From assembly GCA_023898565.1 (NCBI GenBank), contig CP060228.1, positions 368,594 through 432,593 on the forward strand: a stretch of 64,000 nucleotides of DNA. Reading direction: 5' to 3'. This stretch comes from Candidatus Nomurabacteria bacterium. GTDB lineage: Bacteria > Patescibacteriota > Minisyncoccia > Phycocordibacterales > UBA918. Of the stretch, positions 57,161-64,000 are shown piece by piece. The notes under the pieces were generated by a model, which did no database searches, was not told the origin of the DNA, and saw only the letters and a list, made by a program, of their open reading frames with translations. Both the position numbers and the translations under genes were made by a program. Numbering within the stretch: position 1 is the stretch's first letter; every line of letters starts with the position of its first letter.

Positions 57161-57955
57161 CTAAGAAGCCGCTTCAGGTGTGTCGTTCTCCTCTTCAGTT
57201 GCGTTTGATTCTGGTACGGTTGAGGTTTCATCTTCTGACATTCTCATACGAACTGCTTCGCTAGAGCCGGCGCCGTACCCGGCTGCTGAAATGGCTGCTT
57301 TAAGTGCAGCAACGGTATTGCGCAGCTCAGTGTGGGCAGTCTTGATGTGGTCACGAATAGCAGTGTATTGCGCTTTTGTTTCAGCCCAGCCAGCACGAGC
57401 ATCTTCGGCGCCCACTGCGTCGGCTACGGCGGTGTCAATGTTGGCAATTAGCTGTGCCGCAGCATCAACAGATAGTTTCGCTGAGGCGAGCGCGGCATTT
57501 GCCTCTTCTGTATCGATGCCAGCTTCAGTAAGCTTGCTGATACGAGTTTCAAGTCTGTCGATGATGTTATTCAAGCGCCCAATAACTGCATCCATGCGGT
57601 TGCTCATGTTTGCGGCAAGATTTGTGATACGTTCCTGGGCCCGCTCTTGAAGTTCTGTGCGGCGTTCTTCAACGCGCTCTTTGATTTCCGCTCGCTTTGC
57701 GTCAGTAGAAGAGGCAATCTCGGCACGCTTGTTTTCCATTTCTTCACGACGCTCGTCCATGTTTTCTTGGAACTCAGCACGTTTTGCTTCTGTGGTAGAA
57801 GCAAATTCTGCTTTTCTTTCAGCTATAGTTGCCTGCATCTCTGCGCGACGGTCTGTCGGAGAGCTGGTTTCTTCTTCTGCTAAGGCATATGCCGCTCCTG
57901 CAAACAGAGCCAGAAATAAAGCATGAGTAATAAGAATATTAGTAATAGTTTTCAT
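57161..57955 (-). CDS. Secreted coiled-coil repeat protein (tandem ~26 aa KRAE-type repeats)
   Basis: Signal peptide and repeated RKAEFASTTEAKRAEFQE / KRAEIASSTDAKRAEIKE units. Confidence 0.4.
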   Translation of the reverse strand: MKTITNILITHALFLALFAGAAYALAEEETSSPTDRRAEMQATIAERKAEFASTTEAKRAEFQENMDERREEMENKRAEIASSTDAKRAEIKERVEERRTELQERAQERITNLAANMSNRMDAVIGRLNNIIDRLETRISKLTEAGIDTEEANAALASAKLSVDAAAQLIANIDTAVADAVGAEDARAGWAETKAQYTAIRDHIKTAHTELRNTVAALKAAISAAGYGAGSSEAVRMRMSEDETSTVPESNATEEENDTPEAAS

Positions 57956-58075
57956 AAAATTAACTAGTTCAAAACCTCCATTGAGGACTGATTAGGTCTA
58001 ACATACATAAGTATAGCGCCGCTGGGGCTTTTGCCCCAGCGGCGCTATACACAGAATATATCCTTATTCCAAAGC

Positions 58076-58594
58076 CTACTTCGCAGCTTCGTAGACAGCG
58101 CGGCTTTTTTCAAAAGCAGCCTTGGCTTCAGTAGCGCCGTGCCACTCGCCAACCTCTACCTCCTTCTTCTGCACTTTCTTGTAGGTTTCGAAGAAGTGTG
58201 ACATTTCCTTGATAAAATGTTTGTTGATGTCTTCGAGATCTTTCACCTCCTCAAAGCGTGGGTCGTCCACCGGGACAGCCACCACTTTGTCATCACGTTC
58301 ACCGCCATCAACCATTTCCATAATTGCTACTGGGCGAGCCTTCACGAGAATGCCGGGAGCAAGTGGGTAGGTGGTGAGGAGTACTACATCGAGTGCATCG
58401 CCATCATCAAAGAGAGTTTGTGGCACAAAGCCGTAGTCGAATGGATAGTCCTGGGCGGTGTGCATCACGCGATCAAGCGCAATCATCCCGGTTTCTTTGT
58501 CGATTTCGTACTTGTTTTTAGAAAACTTCGGAATTTCAATAATAACGTTCATTTCGTCAGCTGAACCAGCTGGAATGTCGTGAAGTAAGTTCAT
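58076..58594 (-). CDS. ppa: Inorganic pyrophosphatase (family I)
   Basis: DGDALDVVLL and surrounding conserved PPase residues. Confidence 0.9.
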   Translation of the reverse strand: MNLLHDIPAGSADEMNVIIEIPKFSKNKYEIDKETGMIALDRVMHTAQDYPFDYGFVPQTLFDDGDALDVVLLTTYPLAPGILVKARPVAIMEMVDGGERDDKVVAVPVDDPRFEEVKDLEDINKHFIKEMSHFFETYKKVQKKEVEVGEWHGATEAKAAFEKSRAVYEAAK

Positions 58595-58696
58595 ATTCTA
58601 CGTATATTTAATTAGCCTGGTTATAGTAACGCTTTCTCTAATAAATGCAAAAAATGGGCGGGTCCGTACGGACCCGCCCATTTTTTCTAAAAAGCC

Positions 58697-60193
58697 TTAT
58701 TTTGCGTCTTCTTTTTCAACTTCTTCAGCAATTTCTTCGTCAATTGCCGGAGCGAGTTCTTCTTCGGCTTCCTCTGGAGTGTCGATTTCATCCTCCTCGT
58801 CAGAATCTTCGGTCATGTCGCGGTCGCTGGTTTCGTCAGCTTCCTCGAGCACTTCCTCGATGTCTGGTTTGGTGGTAGTAGCATCTTCGTTTTCCAGCGC
58901 TTCATCGTCTTCGCCGGCCGCAGTATCGGCTGGCGCCTCAAGGGTCACCTTGCCGTCTGCATCAGCTTCGGCAAGATCCTCGCCAGTGTTGGCTGACACG
59001 ATATCAATCTTCCAGCCAGTGAGCTTTGCTGCGAGGCGCACGTTCTGGCCGCCGCGACCAATGGCAAGTGATTGTTGGTCGGGTGAAACTTCAGCAATGG
59101 CATGTCCGCGTTCGCCAGCTTCGGTATCTGGTTCAGCTTCAATGCGGATGTCGAGTACCTGAGCTGGTGAGAGAGCATCTTCAATAAATTCCGCTGGTTC
59201 TGGTGACCATTCAATAATATCGATTTTTTCACCACCGAGTTCACTCATGACAGTCGATACGCGAACTCCGCGCTGTCCGACGAGTGACCCAACGGGATCG
59301 ATGTGGTCGTCGTGGGCGTAGACAGCAATCTTAGTGCGTGCGCCGGCTTCACGAGCCACTGACTTCACTTCTACAGTGCCAGACTGGAGTTCTGGTGCCT
59401 CAATAGTGAAGAGAGCAACCAGGAAGTCTGGGTGTGAGCGAGAGAGCTTAAGGAAGATACCACGTGGGGTTTCTTCTACGGCGAGCAAGATGGCACGAAT
59501 GCGTTCTCCTGGCTTGAATCGTTCGCCGGGAATTTGTTCGTCGTACGGCATAATCGCAGTGACGCGGCCGAGATCGACGTAGAGATTGCCTCGCTCAAAG
59601 CGCTGGACGTGTCCCATTACGATATCACCAGCTTTCTGGCCGAATTCTGCCAAGGCTGATTCTTTTTCCGCTTCACGAATCTTTTGCATGATTACTTGTT
59701 TGGCGGTCTGGGCTGCAATACGGCCAAAATCATCCTTAGATTCAAGTGGGAAGACGAGTTCTTCACCGAGCTCGACATCCTTTTTAATCATGCGGGCAGT
59801 GCTAATCATGATGTGTTTTTCTTCGTCGAAGCGTACTTTCTTTTCGCCCTCTTCCTCTGTTTCTTCTTCCTCCTCTTCGTCTTCAATCGGGTTGCCTTCT
59901 TCGTCGAGTTCTGGGTCAGGCTTCAGCATGCTCTCATCCACCACGATCTTAATTTGATTAAAGGTGGTAGTGCCGGTTTCCATATCGAAGGCACAGGTCA
60001 CAATCTGGCCGCGCTTTCCGAATTCTTTCTTATAGGCGGTGGCGAGTGATTGCTCAATTGCGTCAATCATCTTCGCGCGGGGAATTCCGCGCTCTTCTTC
60101 CATTTCTGCTAAGACAGAATTAATCACTTTTAGGTCAAACATTGTATTTCTTATTACGTGCCGCATCATGACTTGTGTCATGTGATACGGCAC
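58697..60193 (-). CDS. nusA: Transcription termination/antitermination factor NusA with long acidic C-terminal tail
   Basis: NusA N-terminal domain, S1 and two KH domains. The C-terminal ~120 aa are Glu/Asp-rich. Confidence 0.85.
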   Translation of the reverse strand: MPYHMTQVMMRHVIRNTMFDLKVINSVLAEMEEERGIPRAKMIDAIEQSLATAYKKEFGKRGQIVTCAFDMETGTTTFNQIKIVVDESMLKPDPELDEEGNPIEDEEEEEETEEEGEKKVRFDEEKHIMISTARMIKKDVELGEELVFPLESKDDFGRIAAQTAKQVIMQKIREAEKESALAEFGQKAGDIVMGHVQRFERGNLYVDLGRVTAIMPYDEQIPGERFKPGERIRAILLAVEETPRGIFLKLSRSHPDFLVALFTIEAPELQSGTVEVKSVAREAGARTKIAVYAHDDHIDPVGSLVGQRGVRVSTVMSELGGEKIDIIEWSPEPAEFIEDALSPAQVLDIRIEAEPDTEAGERGHAIAEVSPDQQSLAIGRGGQNVRLAAKLTGWKIDIVSANTGEDLAEADADGKVTLEAPADTAAGEDDEALENEDATTTKPDIEEVLEEADETSDRDMTEDSDEEDEIDTPEEAEEELAPAIDEEIAEEVEKEDAK

Positions 60194-60384
60194 CCTTTTA
60201 TTAAGTTGTTTTCTTCAGGGCGGGGTTTTGCCTAGCTTTGCCGGGCAAAACCCCGCCCCACCTTACAAAAGCTGCTCGGCCAAAGGCCGAGCAGACAGTC
60301 ATCAGATGGTGAGAGTGTACCCTTCGAGACGATAAAAGTCAAAAAGAAAAGCCGAGCGCGTGCTCGGCCTTTGATGTCCTGGCT

Positions 60385-60795
60385 TTAGGGCTTTTGAAGC
60401 CCCGGTCTATTTTCGCAAGCACTGGCAACGACGTTGCGCGGATCATCAACTGCTCCAAAGGCCGAAGTAATCGCACCCCAGGAATGGGAAGTGATACTGG
60501 TCACCGAAGGGAAGTGTGTCGTGTCGTAAAACGCTCCGCCCACATAGCCTGAGGTGTTGTCTCGTGTGCCGCCATGGCCGGTCACGTAGATGAACGACTT
60601 GTCGTAGCGGTGGTACTCGACGGTATTGCAGGTCATACTGCCCACGTTGGTGGTGAGCACCGCTTCTGTCTCGGTCACCCATGCCAGCTTGCCGGCTGCG
60701 TACATGGTTGGCCCGGTTACTGCCATGATGCCGAGAACGAAGATGCAGGCGACCGCCGAGTAGAACTGGCGGCCAGACAATGTTTTGGTTTGCAT
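60385..60795 (-). CDS. Small secreted hypothetical protein
   Basis: 136 aa ORF with signal peptide; Gly/Thr/Ser-rich mature region with 3 Cys. Confidence 0.4.
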   Translation of the reverse strand: MQTKTLSGRQFYSAVACIFVLGIMAVTGPTMYAAGKLAWVTETEAVLTTNVGSMTCNTVEYHRYDKSFIYVTGHGGTRDNTSGYVGGAFYDTTHFPSVTSITSHSWGAITSAFGAVDDPRNVVASACENRPGLQKP

Positions 60796-61084
60796 TGATT
60801 TCTCCTTGGCTTGGTGGGAGGAGGCCCCACCTCTAATACATATTATACATGCAAATTGTATTATGTCAAATTTTGCACTGGCGTCTGTTCCATATGTTCT
60901 CCGTGAACATCTTCGGTCTCTTGGTTTGAGTGGATGTTATAATAGCCACAACAAGTACCGGAGGTAAGGTTCGTTTTTGTCTGTGTGGGTGTGTACTAAG
61001 TGTTCCAGCGATTTGACCTAGGGAGGGGTCAAATCGGGAACTAAATTCAACATAGTCGTTACACTCCTTGTTTCATTTAATTTA

Positions 61085-62833
61085 ATGCGAATTCAAGACG
61101 AACAACTCAAACGATTCATTCTCGACGCGGGTCTTATTACTAAAGCTGACATCACTGCGGCAGAGAAAATTGCTAAAGAAGAAGAGCGCACACTCAGTGA
61201 AGCACTGATTGCACATGGCCACATGACCGAAGATGACATGCGCCGGGTGGAGTCATATGTGCTTGGCATTCCGTTCGTGTCGCTCAAAGGCATGAAGATT
61301 GATTTTGAAACACTCACGCTTGTTCCGGAACCTGTCGCTCGTGCCCATAATATTATTGCGTATAAGAAATCTGAGGACACCCTTGAAGTAGCGATGCTCG
61401 ACACGGCCGATTTGCCGGCGATTGATTTTATCAAGAAAAAGGTTGATTTGCGCATCCAGCCACGTCTTACTGATACTGAATCAATGCGTACGGCGCTCCG
61501 TCAATACCAAAAGACGCTCAAGGATGAGTTTGGAGACATCATCATGAAGGATGCGGCTGAACTCAAGGTAGTCAATGAGGACGGCGAGCAGATGAGCGAG
61601 CAAGAGCTCAAGAAAATGGCGGAAGATCTGCCGGTAGTGCGTATTGTCGATACGCTCCTTCGCCATGCGATTATTCAAGGCGCATCAGATATTCATATTG
61701 AGCCGAGCGAGACTGAGGTGTTGGTGCGATATCGGACGGACGGCATTTTGCACGACGCAATGAAACTGCCGAAGATTGCAGCCGACAGTATCGTGGCTCG
61801 ACTTAAAGTGTTGTCGAGCTTAAAACTTGACCAGAAGCGCTTGCCGCAGGATGGTCGTTTCAAGATGGAAATGGATGGACAGAAGGTGGCGTTCCGCGTA
61901 TCCATGCTTCCGGTATTTTATGGTGAAAAGGTGGTAATGCGTCTGTTGCGAGAAAATCGCAGCGGCTACTCGCTTGAGGGTATTGGTTTTCACGGCAGTA
62001 CCCTTGATCGCGTGCATCGCGCAACTCGGGCCACCACTGGCATCATCTTAGTAACTGGTCCGACCGGGTCGGGTAAGTCTACGACGCTCTATACTATTCT
62101 TGACCTTTTAAATACTCCGGAGGTAAATATTTCTACGATTGAGGACCCAATTGAGTATCAAATGCCGCGCATTAATCAGTCGCAGGTAAAACCAGAAATC
62201 GGCTTCACCTTTGCGGCCGGACTACGTTCACTCATGCGTCAGGATCCAGACATTATCATGGTGGGGGAAATCCGTGATGAGGAGACGGCGAGTTTGGCAA
62301 TTAACGCCGCCCTTACAGGACACTTAGTATTAGCAACGCTTCACACCAACTCGGCAGCGGGCACCATCGCGCGTCTTATCGATATGGGTGCCGAATCATT
62401 CTTACTCGTTTCAACTCTTCGTGTAGCTGTTGGTCAGCGTTTGGTCCGTAAACTTTCAGATGATCGTATGCCGTATACGCTCACTAAAGCAGAACGTGAA
62501 GACTTGGGGGAAAAGGTTGATCTTGATCACGTGCTTAAAACACTCAAAGAGGAAGGAATTGTGAAAAATGACGCAACCTGGAATGACGTGCAGTTTTATC
62601 ATCCGAAAGAGAAGGGTGAAACTGAAGATGGATACCACGGACGAATGGGTATTCATGAAGTACTCGAAATATCGCCGACTATTAAAGACATGGTGATGCA
62701 GGGGAAGACCGGTGATGAAGTAGAGGCGCAGGCGAGAAAGGAGGGTATGCTGACGATGATTGAAGACGGCATCTTTAAAGCAGCTCAAGGACTCACGAGT
62801 ATCGAGGAAGTATTACGAGTCGTTAACGAGTAA
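61085..62833 (+). CDS. pilB: Type IV pilus assembly ATPase PilB (GspE family)
   Basis: Walker A VTGPTGSGKSTT, Asp box, Walker B IMVGEIRD and His box LVLATLHTN. Confidence 0.85.
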   Translation: MRIQDEQLKRFILDAGLITKADITAAEKIAKEEERTLSEALIAHGHMTEDDMRRVESYVLGIPFVSLKGMKIDFETLTLVPEPVARAHNIIAYKKSEDTLEVAMLDTADLPAIDFIKKKVDLRIQPRLTDTESMRTALRQYQKTLKDEFGDIIMKDAAELKVVNEDGEQMSEQELKKMAEDLPVVRIVDTLLRHAIIQGASDIHIEPSETEVLVRYRTDGILHDAMKLPKIAADSIVARLKVLSSLKLDQKRLPQDGRFKMEMDGQKVAFRVSMLPVFYGEKVVMRLLRENRSGYSLEGIGFHGSTLDRVHRATRATTGIILVTGPTGSGKSTTLYTILDLLNTPEVNISTIEDPIEYQMPRINQSQVKPEIGFTFAAGLRSLMRQDPDIIMVGEIRDEETASLAINAALTGHLVLATLHTNSAAGTIARLIDMGAESFLLVSTLRVAVGQRLVRKLSDDRMPYTLTKAEREDLGEKVDLDHVLKTLKEEGIVKNDATWNDVQFYHPKEKGETEDGYHGRMGIHEVLEISPTIKDMVMQGKTGDEVEAQARKEGMLTMIEDGIFKAAQGLTSIEEVLRVVNE

Positions 62834-62837
62834 TTTT

Positions 62838-64000
62838 ATGGCAAAGTTTACGTACACAGGAGAGGATAAGGAAGGCAATAAGATTGAGAATACTGTTGAG
62901 GCTGATGATCGTTTTGCTGTGTACGCCATCGCTCGTAATCAGGGGCATACTGTTTCAACGATTGAAGCAGAGGGAAAATTTAGTGCAAAAAAATGGCTTA
63001 ATATTGAACGGCTAAACTATCTTATCAACCGTGTTAAGGATGATGAGTTGGTGATGGTGACACGAAATCTCGGTTCGATGCTGGTGGCAGGGCTGACCGT
63101 TTCGCGCGCGCTATCAGTAATTGAACGACAGAGTAAAAACCCACGACTCAAAGGAGTGATTAAGCGAGTGATCGAGCGTATCAATCAAGGAGATTCTTTT
63201 TACGATACGCTTAAAGAGTTTCCAGAAACGTTTGATAATTTGTACGTTGCCATGATTCGCGCCGGAGAAGAGAGTGGTAATCTGGCTGAATCACTCAAGA
63301 CACTCTCCATCCAAATGGAGCGCGCTTCAAATCTTAAGAAGAAAATCAAAGGCGCAATGATTTATCCAGCAATCGTCATCACCGTGCTGGTAGTGATTGG
63401 TATCTTGATGATGATTTACGTGATGCCACAAATCACTGGCGTGTTTGAGGGGATGGATAAGGAGTTGCCAACGGCAACACAGGTTTTGATTGCTACAAGT
63501 AACTTCTTGGTAGAGTATACGTTCCTCGCAATCGGTAGCATGATTGCAGTAATCGCTGGCTTTATCTATTTTTTGCGAACCAAATGGGGCAAGATTTGTT
63601 CTTCGTGGACGGTAGTACGGCTGCCGGTAATCGGCAACTTGGCTAAGGAGACTAACGCTGCTCGCACCGCACGCACGCTCTCATCGCTGCTGAACTCAGG
63701 TGTGGATGTGATTCAATCGCTCACAATCACCGAGGAGGTGCTACAAAATGTGTTTTACAAAGAGATTTTGCGCGATGCTGCTAAGCGTGTTGAGAAGGGA
63801 ACGGCTTTGTCAGAAACGTTCATTGAGCGGGAAGATTTGTACCCAATTCTCGTGGGAGAAATGATTTTGGTGGGTGAAGAGACGGGTCAGATTGCCGGCA
63901 TGCTCGGTGAGATGGCAATTTTTTATGAAACTGAAGTCGAGCGAAAAACCAAAGACCTCTCGACAATCATTGAACCGATTCTAATGGTGGTTATTGGTGC
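62838..64000 (+). CDS. pilC: Type IV pilus inner-membrane platform protein PilC (GspF family), 3' end beyond window
   Basis: Two GspF-type repeats and TM helices. The gene starts 5 nt after the pilB stop. Confidence 0.8.
   Translation, partial: MAKFTYTGEDKEGNKIENTVEADDRFAVYAIARNQGHTVSTIEAEGKFSAKKWLNIERLNYLINRVKDDELVMVTRNLGSMLVAGLTVSRALSVIERQSKNPRLKGVIKRVIERINQGDSFYDTLKEFPETFDNLYVAMIRAGEESGNLAESLKTLSIQMERASNLKKKIKGAMIYPAIVITVLVVIGILMMIYVMPQITGVFEGMDKELPTATQVLIATSNFLVEYTFLAIGSMIAVIAGFIYFLRTKWGKICSSWTVVRLPVIGNLAKETNAARTARTLSSLLNSGVDVIQSLTITEEVLQNVFYKEILRDAAKRVEKGTALSETFIEREDLYPILVGEMILVGEETGQIAGMLGEMAIFYETEVERKTKDLSTIIEPILMVVIG

Noticed and set aside
58779-60049. Plus-strand ORFs (127, 82, 123, 121 aa) antisense to nusA
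   Set aside because: Ser-rich translations of the antisense strand of the acidic NusA tail. Artefacts of biased composition.
1-64000. Alternative genetic code (UGA=Gly, as in some CPR lineages)
   Set aside because: Long uninterrupted ORFs up to 811 aa with conserved motifs are obtained under the standard code, and genes terminate with TAA, TAG or TGA, so code 11 appears correct. The VirB4 TAA interruption is therefore not explained by recoding of a routinely reassigned codon.
1-64000. CRISPR arrays, transposases, phage integrases or structural genes
   Set aside because: No regularly spaced short direct repeats, no DDE or serine recombinase genes other than the housekeeping-type Xer recombinase, and no capsid, terminase or portal-like ORFs were seen.

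Overview
This 64 kb window is a chromosomal segment around the replication origin of a small-genome bacterium. Gene content resembles Patescibacteria/CPR, possibly Saccharibacteria, but that is an inference from the tRNA, pilus and secretion features rather than a search result. The window opens with a dnaA start on the minus strand, an AT-rich intergenic region with DnaA-box-like repeats, then rpmH-rnpA-yidC. Next comes a ~16 kb minus-strand run (1609-17197) holding a type IV secretion system (T4SS)-like cluster, followed in the same run by ksgA and a UvrD-type helicase. The cluster encodes a VirB2/TrbC-like pilin with an unusual Cys-containing C-terminal domain, a VirB4 ATPase apparently split by an in-frame TAA, a PrgI/VirB3-like protein, a VirB6-like polytopic protein and several secreted or membrane proteins of unknown function. 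No VirD4 or relaxase is visible.

The rest is mostly housekeeping: pnp, rpsO, xerC/D, a ClpB-like ATPase, cspA, prmC, xth, cca, corA, an ECF sigma with a putative anti-sigma partner, mscS, an HtrA-like protease, hup, rny, clpP, tig, ppa, nusA, and pilB with the start of pilC. Five tRNA genes are present, none encoding CCA.

The unusual items are:
- the origin-adjacent T4SS-like cluster and its split VirB4;
- a three-gene operon encoding a membrane protein, a C39-like cysteine peptidase and an E1/ThiF-like protein;
- a dense array of 14-bp palindromes (GTTTCAYRTGAAAC) over and around a YraN-family nuclease gene lying between tRNA-Gly and tRNA-Pro;
- a 690 bp ORF-free convergent intergenic region ending in a strong terminator, which is a candidate ncRNA;
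- an Hsp100 ATPase with a degenerate D1 ATP site;
- a family of near-identical GC-rich hairpin terminators, some exactly duplicated around single genes;
- several small ORFs and inverted-repeat elements.

No CRISPR arrays, transposases or phage genes were recognised.
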